Positions 54,578-61,545 of a DNA stretch of 64,000 bases are shown here, piece after piece; positions within the stretch are counted from its first letter, which is position 1, and the number at the start of each line of letters is the position of its first letter. Position numbers and translations under genes: made by a program. The notes beneath the pieces were generated by a model. That model had not been told where the DNA came from and searched no databases. It saw nothing but the letters and a program-made list of their open reading frames with translations. This DNA comes from Candidatus Woesearchaeota archaeon (lineage in GTDB: Archaea; Nanobdellota; Nanobdellia; Woesearchaeales; GW2011-AR9): positions 32,001 through 96,000 of the forward strand of contig JABHQW010000003.1 of the NCBI GenBank assembly GCA_018696595.1. Direction: 5' to 3'.

Positions 54578-55249
54578 TTGATCTTAATGAAACTTAAAAT
54601 TTACCTATTCAGACACGGACAAACGTATTATAACAAGAAGCATATTTTTACTGGCTGGAAAGATTCTAAATTAACCGCTAAAGGAGTCAAAGATGCCAAG
54701 AAAGTTGCTCAGAAGCTCAAAAAAATGCATATAGACATTGCTTATCGTTCACATTTATCTCGTTCCAAAGATACTTTGAAGCATGTTCTTAAATTTCACC
54801 CTGAATGTAAAGAAATAATTGAAGATGATAGAATGATTGAACGTTCTTATGGAAAATTACAAGGTAAATCACACAAAAGTTTTATTGAGAAAGAAGGAAA
54901 AGATAGTTATCAGACTTTATTACATTGGCATAAAATCGATCATTTAGAAGGAAAAGAAAAAAAAGAGTTTATTAAAAAAATGGGTGAAGCAGAATTAAAA
55001 ATTGTACGTAGAAGTTATAACGTTGCTCCTCCCGGTGGAGAATCAGTAAAAATGGTTGAAAAACGAGTAAATTCTTTCATTAAAGACCTCTTAAAAAAGA
55101 TGAAAAAAGAAAAAATTAACGTCGCGATTTCTGCTCATGGTAATTCTATGCGTCCATTTAGAAAATATTTTGAGAAGTTAAGTAAAGAACAAATGATGGA
55201 ATTAGAGAATCCCTGGGATGATTACTTTGAATATACTGTTAATGTTTAA
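54578..55249 (+). CDS. gpmA: 2,3-bisphosphoglycerate-dependent phosphoglycerate mutase / histidine phosphatase
   Basis: RHGQT, FTGWKD, ERSYG.LQG, RRSY...PPGGES and AHGNSMR. The start may be the ATG at 54587. Confidence 0.88.
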   Translation: MILMKLKIYLFRHGQTYYNKKHIFTGWKDSKLTAKGVKDAKKVAQKLKKMHIDIAYRSHLSRSKDTLKHVLKFHPECKEIIEDDRMIERSYGKLQGKSHKSFIEKEGKDSYQTLLHWHKIDHLEGKEKKEFIKKMGEAELKIVRRSYNVAPPGGESVKMVEKRVNSFIKDLLKKMKKEKINVAISAHGNSMRPFRKYFEKLSKEQMMELENPWDDYFEYTVNV

Positions 55250-55297
55250 AAAATCATATCCCATAAATCCAAAAATAATATAAACTCTTTCTATCCC

Positions 55298-55720
55298 ATG
55301 AATAAAATGAGAGATACATCAAAACACCCACATGATAAAACATTAAAAGAACATCCACAAAACGATTTAGAAGAAAAATTGGTTAGGGTGCCAATATTAG
55401 GACAACCTAACTTAAAAGAAGAATTAATGTTGATTTTATATTCAGAAGATTTCTCTAAAAATGTTATTGGCCCAGATGAACCAAGTGAACCCCAATTAAA
55501 TTATTTCACTGGATTTGATACTTTTAACGAGTTCAATGAAAAAACGGGATGGGGAAAATATGAATCAACAGTTACACAGAGACACACTCTCAGAAGCTTT
55601 GGATCAGATCAAAATGCAGCTAAAGCATCATACGATAATCTTTGTTCAATGGTAGAATCTAATCAAGTTTACTTTGTTGACAAAGGTGGTTGTAAATTAG
55701 TAACTGATTTAAGCAAATAA
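55298..55720 (+). CDS. Hypothetical protein
   Basis: 140-aa ORF. No domain recognised. Confidence 0.6.
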   Translation: MNKMRDTSKHPHDKTLKEHPQNDLEEKLVRVPILGQPNLKEELMLILYSEDFSKNVIGPDEPSEPQLNYFTGFDTFNEFNEKTGWGKYESTVTQRHTLRSFGSDQNAAKASYDNLCSMVESNQVYFVDKGGCKLVTDLSK

Positions 55721-55734
55721 TCATTTTTCCAAAA

Positions 55735-56160
55735 TCAAGAAATAGTGGTCTGCAATTTTCTCTTTGGTTTCTTAACCTCTTTAAAATACTCTTTCACGTT
55801 GTTAAATTGTTTAACTTCTTTATTAATTTTATCAATGATTTTTACACCTTTTTCAGTAAGTTTGATCTTTCTATTATGATACTCGATCAATTTTTTATCC
55901 TCTAAAGTTTCCAAGTTCTTATATAACGCTCGTTCCTGTTTTCCCATGATTCTCGACGATAAAAGCAACTCGATAAACGCTATTTTACTTGTTCTTAATT
56001 TTAAATGTTTCTCAGAAAGTGGTTGATTTAACGACTTGTAAAATTGTCCTAAAGAGTACAAGATTAGCCGTTGAGTTTTAGTGATTTTAATCATTTTTAG
56101 AGTAAAAGACGTTGAAATATAAAAAGATTTAGAGGCTAGATTAGAAATGTTTAAAAACAA
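55735..56160 (-). CDS. Winged-helix-like protein
   Basis: ALYKNLETLEDKKLIEYHNRKIKLTEKG resembles a wHTH recognition helix and wing. The true start may be the internal MIKITK. Confidence 0.6.
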   Translation of the reverse strand: MFLNISNLASKSFYISTSFTLKMIKITKTQRLILYSLGQFYKSLNQPLSEKHLKLRTSKIAFIELLLSSRIMGKQERALYKNLETLEDKKLIEYHNRKIKLTEKGVKIIDKINKEVKQFNNVKEYFKEVKKPKRKLQTTIS

Positions 56161-56203
56161 CTAAAAAATAACTTAATTATCAATTTAAAAAAGGTGATAA
56201 TAA

Positions 56204-56911
56204 ATGAAATTAACTTTAACTAAAAAACCAAAAAATACTATCATTATAGAAGGATTTCCTGGATTCGGATTAATTGGAACAATTGCAATTGAATATTTAA
56301 TGGACCATTTGGAAACTGAAAAAATTGGCGTTGTAGAAATGGAAGAAATTCCAGCCATGATTGCTATTCATCAAAATAAAGTTGTTGAACCAATCTCTAT
56401 CCATTACAATAAGCAATATAACTTAGTTTTAATCCATGCAATTAATGTTGGTAAAAATTTGGGTTGGAAGCTTGCAGAGATGGTTGCTGAACTAGCCAAA
56501 CAAATTAGTGCAAAACAAATAATTTCTTTAGAAGGAGTAGGTTCACCAAATCCTGATTCTGGAAGAGTTTTCTATTACTCGACGACTAACGGAAATACTA
56601 ATAAGAAATTAGAAGACACCGCTAAACCTTTAATGGAGGGTATTATTGTTGGTGCTACTGGGGCATTATTGGCCAAAAGCATGAACATTCCAATTTTAGC
56701 ACTGTTTGCAGAAGCTAAGTCTGGATTGCCTGATAGTAAAGCTGCTGCTGAAATTATTAAGGCATTAGATGCTTATACTGGTTTAAAGGTTGATCCTAAG
56801 CCATTAATGAAACAAGCAGCAATGTTTGAAAACAAACTTAAGACAATTATTGAGAAAGGTCAAAAAGCAGAAGACACTCATCAAAAAAAGAAATTAAGTT
56901 ATGTGGGTTAA
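56204..56911 (+). CDS. PAC2 family proteasome assembly chaperone
   Basis: IEGFPGFGLIGTIA, IISLEG, IVGATGALL and LPDSKAAA. Confidence 0.92.
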   Translation: MKLTLTKKPKNTIIIEGFPGFGLIGTIAIEYLMDHLETEKIGVVEMEEIPAMIAIHQNKVVEPISIHYNKQYNLVLIHAINVGKNLGWKLAEMVAELAKQISAKQIISLEGVGSPNPDSGRVFYYSTTNGNTNKKLEDTAKPLMEGIIVGATGALLAKSMNIPILALFAEAKSGLPDSKAAAEIIKALDAYTGLKVDPKPLMKQAAMFENKLKTIIEKGQKAEDTHQKKKLSYVG

Positions 56912-56915
56912 GAAT

Positions 56916-57176
56916 ATGGCAAAGAAAGCAGAACAACCAAAAGTAAAAAAGATTGAAGCCCCTAAACAAGAGAAACATAGTTACTTTCCTAAGTTCTTAA
57001 TTTTTTTTAGTTTGATTGTAATTGCTTTTGCGTTAAACAATTTCTTTAAGTGGTATACTCTTCCAGATTATGTTGTATCTATTGTGTTATTTTTATCTGG
57101 ATTATGGATGTTTAAGATTGGCTTAGAGAAAGGTATGTATAGAAGAAGAAAAGAAGTTGTTAAAAAATATCTTTAA
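56916..57176 (+). CDS. Small two-TM membrane protein
   Basis: Two hydrophobic helices. ATG at 56916 follows the PAC2 stop. Confidence 0.7.
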   Translation: MAKKAEQPKVKKIEAPKQEKHSYFPKFLIFFSLIVIAFALNNFFKWYTLPDYVVSIVLFLSGLWMFKIGLEKGMYRRRKEVVKKYL

Positions 57177-57526
57177 ATTTTCTATTTTTTTCATTCTTTA
57201 TTTTTTAGTTATTAATTGAATCTTTTTGTTATTTAAGTTTTAGTGTTTGCTTGTTGCTTTTGTTGTTTTTTGTGCTTAAAGATTGTAAGCAAGAGAGAAA
57301 TAAAACATTTAAGCAGAAACTAAAGTTTTTAGAATCCGGTAGATGGTATATTTTACAAGAAAAAATATTTTTTAGCACAATTTCTTTTCTAAAACTTTTA
57401 AGCAATTATTGAACTTTCTATGGGGGAAGTTACACCGACATTTTCCTAAAAAATACCAAAAAACGAAGCCCTTATTTCTTTCCAAAGGCCGGCTTATTTT
57501 GGCTAAATGTGGTGAAAGTCGCTAAA

Positions 57527-57552
57527 CGTAACACTTTATACAGAATGTTACG
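57527..57552. repeat. Inverted repeat CGTAACA-N12-TGTTACG, with a third CGTAACA at 57579, upstream of the recombinase
   Basis: Read directly. AAACGTAACA occurs at 57524 and 57576. Confidence 0.7.
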
Positions 57553-57615
57553 AAAAAAGTAATAAAATATGCCCAAAACGTAACATTTAAATAATCTATT
57601 ACCTTTTCTTCGTAG

Positions 57616-58236
57616 ATGAATGAAAAAGTGGTGAAGAAAGGACATAGCAGAAGCCAGTTTCATCTTTCTGAAGAACAGATTAAACAATTGATAAAACACG
57701 CAGACAAACTAAGAGACAAAGTAATTATCAAACTTCTTGCGTATTGTGGATTGAGACGTTTTGAGTTAGCAAAGATAAAAATTTCTGATGTTAATTTAGA
57801 AACTAACAAAATTAGCATTCGCGGCAAGAAGAACATTGATCGACTCGCTACCATGTTTTCTGATCAACTTGTTGAAGACTTAAAAATTTACATGCAATAT
57901 GTGTTAAACAACGCGAAGCAAGGTTATTTGTTCCCAGCAGTTTCTAGTTTGAATGATAAAGAACATATTACGCCCACCCAGATTAATCGAATTGTTGCTA
58001 AAGCTGGCCATAGAGCACAATTAAACAACCCAATTCCCGAATTAAAGAACATTAACCCCCACATCTTACGTCACAGTTGCGCCCGTATATTGAAAGATAG
58101 GGGACTTAGTTTAGAGGTAGTTCAGCGTGTTTTGGGGCATTTATCCTTTAAAACAACTATGGATTTGTATGGGACTAAGAGTATTTCTGAAATGGACGAT
58201 GAATTAAAAGAAAAAGCAGGCGATTTATTTGACTGA
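57616..58236 (+). CDS. Tyrosine recombinase/integrase (catalytic domain only, 206 aa)
   Basis: GLRRFEL (Arg), GKK (Lys), HILRHS (HxxR), LGH and TTMDLY (Tyr). Confidence 0.92.
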   Translation: MNEKVVKKGHSRSQFHLSEEQIKQLIKHADKLRDKVIIKLLAYCGLRRFELAKIKISDVNLETNKISIRGKKNIDRLATMFSDQLVEDLKIYMQYVLNNAKQGYLFPAVSSLNDKEHITPTQINRIVAKAGHRAQLNNPIPELKNINPHILRHSCARILKDRGLSLEVVQRVLGHLSFKTTMDLYGTKSISEMDDELKEKAGDLFD

Positions 58237-58390
58237 AATTTTATTCTTAAACATTTATGATTTGATTAAAGGTTTCTAGAACAATTGTTTTTGATTTTCT
58301 TTTGTAGTTTCTGGTTGGTTTTTAGTGTGAAGTTCTTAGTATTTGATTAAATATTGATTTACTAAAACATCTAATCAGAAACAGCAAGTT

Positions 58391-59113
58391 TCATTGTTGG
58401 AAATAGTCTGGAAAATTTGTAAAAACCCCATCCACTGCTAAAAGTTTTAATCTTTTGATATCTTTCTTAGAATTAACAGTCCAGACATTTACTTTTAGTT
58501 TGTTTTTATGTAGAAATTTAATCATGCCTTTAGTTGCTAAGGGCAAAGATAAATTCACTTCATTAACATTGGCATCTTTTGCTCTTTTTAAAATCAGTTT
58601 TTTAGTTATTGGTAAAATTAATACACGAGAAATATCAAATAAAATTTGTCCAAAATCAGTTACTGTTGACCAATATATCAAAGCTGTTTTAATCCCCTTT
58701 TTCTTAGCCCCTAACAAGCTTTCTTTATGATTAGAAGACATAACAGTTTGTTTAACAAAACGTTCTTTAACAATGATTTCTGCTACTTTCTTAGCAGAGT
58801 TCATTTTTTTTATTTCAACATTTAATTTACATTTATTTCTACAAACTTTAATAACTTCTTCTAATGTTGGAATCTTTTCTCCTTTTCCTGCATTTAGTTT
58901 TCTTAGTTCTTTTAATGTTAGATCTTTTACTTGACCTTTACCATTAGTTGTTTTACTAACATCAGAATAATGAAGAATTACCACCCGATTATCTTTAGTT
59001 AGATAAGCATCACATTCAACCATATCAACATTTAATTCAATTGCTTTTCTAAAAGACCTGAGTGTATTCCCTGGTTCGTATCCACAAGCACCACGATGAC
59101 CTATCTTAAGCAT
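58391..59113 (-). CDS. Glycerophosphodiester phosphodiesterase
   Basis: IGHRGA, VECDAYLTKD, NVEIK and VWTVN...DGVFTNFP. Confidence 0.93.
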   Translation of the reverse strand: MLKIGHRGACGYEPGNTLRSFRKAIELNVDMVECDAYLTKDNRVVILHYSDVSKTTNGKGQVKDLTLKELRKLNAGKGEKIPTLEEVIKVCRNKCKLNVEIKKMNSAKKVAEIIVKERFVKQTVMSSNHKESLLGAKKKGIKTALIYWSTVTDFGQILFDISRVLILPITKKLILKRAKDANVNEVNLSLPLATKGMIKFLHKNKLKVNVWTVNSKKDIKRLKLLAVDGVFTNFPDYFQQ

Positions 59114-59143
59114 GTTTGAAAGAATGTTTTAGAAGTTATAAAT

Positions 59144-60511
59144 CTATTTATTCAGCTTCTTCTCTAATCGTATAATCTTATCTTCCCTTAAATCTAACTT
59201 TTCACCAAGCTTATCATTCTCATGGCTAAGCTTGATTATTTCCTTTTGTTTTTCTTTACTTTCTGCTTCGGTTTTCTTAATAGAATATTCTTTTCTTTCA
59301 ATTTCTCCGTTTAGATCTAGGATTTCTTTATCCAACTCTTTAATTTCCTGCTCTTGTTTCTGATTAGTTTCTTCTAAAGCTTTGTAGCGATCTTTTTCCT
59401 TCTGAATTCGTTTAAGTTCTTTGTTAAAATAATCAGAACGTTCTTCTTCATCAAAGTTACTTTCTATTTTCTTGTATTCAGATCTATCTTTAACCGGAGT
59501 AATTTGAATTTTTTCAGTTTCATCTTTTGAAGAGAACAAGTAGTAACCCAATCCTGCAGTTTTTAATTTTTGAAAATTAACTTTAGGAATCCTTAATTGT
59601 TTTGATAAAAATACTGCGTCTTTGTCTAAAGATTCTTGAAATGCGATAATTGTTCCTGCATTAGCTAAGATTGTTTCTGAGAAGTCTGTAGGTCGCTGTG
59701 ATGCAAGAATAATACCTACTCCGTATTTCCTAGACTCTCTAAGTAATAATTCAACAGGGGAACCAGGATACATCATCCTATGTGCTTCATCAATAATAAC
59801 GTACAACCAATAATCTTCACACTTTCCTTTGATGTACAGGAAGTTGATTAATTTTTTTAGTAATAAGTCTGCCACTAATGCTTTAACTTCATCTGTAGGG
59901 AAATCTAATAGTTCTATTACACTTAGATTTTTTATGATGGTGTCTAATGATAAAGAAGTACCATCTGCTTCCATGAACAGATCAACATCGAAAAGAACTG
60001 ATATTTTTGCTAATAGTTTAGATACACCTTGATTTCTTATTGGCGTATCAAAGATAATATCTCTGAAAAATGAGAATGGTAATAATTCAATAGTTCCGTC
60101 ATTTGCTTTTTTAATATCTTTAATACCTGACTTTAAATAAAACGCTTTAATCGCTTCCCTAATAATAGCTTCTTGTACATCTCCTAGAGAGAAGACACTA
60201 GCAATCATTTTAGAAACTTTATAACAAACATCTAATGGTTTTTCATTAATCTGCACTTCTAAAGGATGTAATGTAGCTTTATCTATTTGTACTAAATTAT
60301 CTGCGAAAACTTTGAAATCGTTATGAAAGTCTAGAATTAATGATTTTATCTTATGTTGCTTTAGTTCTAACATAATCGCTTTTAGAGTTTCCGTCTTCCC
60401 TGATCCAGACCCACCTACTGTGATTAGGTGTGGGTTCTTTTCTTCCTTAGGATTCCAGAATACTTTGGTTTTGTTAGACGTTCCTAGGTATACATTCAGA
60501 TCTTTAGCCAT
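59144..60511 (-). CDS. HerA/FtsK-like (DUF87) ATPase with a C-terminal coiled coil
   Basis: HLITVGGSGSGKT, LDFHND, IIDEAH, RESRKYG and ASQRP, followed by an E/K-rich heptad tail. Confidence 0.85.
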   Translation of the reverse strand: MAKDLNVYLGTSNKTKVFWNPKEEKNPHLITVGGSGSGKTETLKAIMLELKQHKIKSLILDFHNDFKVFADNLVQIDKATLHPLEVQINEKPLDVCYKVSKMIASVFSLGDVQEAIIREAIKAFYLKSGIKDIKKANDGTIELLPFSFFRDIIFDTPIRNQGVSKLLAKISVLFDVDLFMEADGTSLSLDTIIKNLSVIELLDFPTDEVKALVADLLLKKLINFLYIKGKCEDYWLYVIIDEAHRMMYPGSPVELLLRESRKYGVGIILASQRPTDFSETILANAGTIIAFQESLDKDAVFLSKQLRIPKVNFQKLKTAGLGYYLFSSKDETEKIQITPVKDRSEYKKIESNFDEEERSDYFNKELKRIQKEKDRYKALEETNQKQEQEIKELDKEILDLNGEIERKEYSIKKTEAESKEKQKEIIKLSHENDKLGEKLDLREDKIIRLEKKLNK

Positions 60512-60553
60512 TTTAGCTATATACTCGAATAGTGGGGTTTAAGAATGTTTTGG

Positions 60554-60808
60554 TTATTCCTTGATTTTAATATAGTCGCATTTTGTACAAAGAAGAGTAA
60601 ATTTATTATCTTTCATTCCATGATGTAAACCTTTCTTTTTGCATTTGGGACAAATCCCATCCCCCGCTAAAAGAAATACTGCCCGTCTGGAATCATAATT
60701 TTGTTCTTTTGGTTTCATACCTTTTTCCCAACTAGAACCACAATCATTACACACAGTATATTTTCCTTCTTTTCTTAAGTTTTCACCTTTACATTCAGTA
60801 CATTTCAT
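60554..60808 (-). CDS. Small double zinc-ribbon protein
   Basis: CTEC...CNDC and CPKC...CTKC. Confidence 0.75.
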   Translation of the reverse strand: MKCTECKGENLRKEGKYTVCNDCGSSWEKGMKPKEQNYDSRRAVFLLAGDGICPKCKKKGLHHGMKDNKFTLLCTKCDYIKIKE

Positions 60809-60884
60809 ATGATGGGTAAGAAAGATTTAGTTTATAAATTATTTGTAGTTAACTAAGCAAAAGTCTAAGTAAACACAATATTAA

Positions 60885-61390
60885 AATTTCTTCAGAAGCT
60901 TCTGTGGCATCTTGTTTTAAGGTGGATCTATAAGAATTTCAACAGAAATAATTATAAGTAATAGCTAACATCCAATAATTATGGCAAGAAGATTTTGGGA
61001 TGGTCCAGTTGTACAAGCAACTGAAGAGGAAATAAAGGCTATTAATGAAGGAAAGGTGGGATTATTTACAATTGGAAAAATTAACAGAAATGACAAAACC
61101 ATTCACAATTTTAAGATTCCTCCAGCCAAACTAAGACATAATTATTATAACACAGATTGTGGAATTAAAGTTAAAGATATTGTTGAAGATTATCCTGGTA
61201 ATCAAAGACTAAATTGTCAGGTTTGTATGTGGGGAAAAGATTGGAAAAAGACTCGATTTAAGAGACATATGGGATTTCCGAAGATGTTTTTTAAACAACT
61301 TATTTTCTATTGTAAAAGCATTCTCCGAAAATAATTGAAAGTCTATCAGATGCAGAGTTACTAGTTATTATAATTTCTTCAGAAGCTTCT
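60885..61390 (+). repeat. 19-bp exact direct repeats flanking ORF 60981..61334
   Basis: AATTTCTTCAGAAGCTTCT at 60885-60903 and 61372-61390. Confidence 0.85.
60981..61334 (+). CDS. Hypothetical protein
   Basis: 117-aa ORF containing H...C...C..C residues. Confidence 0.6.
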   Translation: MARRFWDGPVVQATEEEIKAINEGKVGLFTIGKINRNDKTIHNFKIPPAKLRHNYYNTDCGIKVKDIVEDYPGNQRLNCQVCMWGKDWKKTRFKRHMGFPKMFFKQLIFYCKSILRK

Positions 61391-61545
61391 TTGTGTCTCG
61401 GAAACAGTTGGAGCTAGGTTTAGAAGGGAGTGTTAGTTTGTTTTTTTAGAATATAGAAGAAAGTGTTAGATTTAACTATTTTAGAGGGAAAACTTTTAAA
61501 TAATTGATATAATCAGCTATATGTAATTCATAATTTCTTTAAAAA

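Noticed and set aside
57177-57615. Replication origin in the 440-bp AT-rich gap
   Set aside because: No ORB-like repeats were recognised and there is no adjacent cdc6/orc1 gene.
3-60032. Numerous short antisense or nested ORFs (e.g. 1037, 5035, 8221, 12132, 21453, 27101, 35925, 39123, 44790, 53371, 58455, 59829)
   Set aside because: They lie within long, motif-supported genes and show shadow-type composition.
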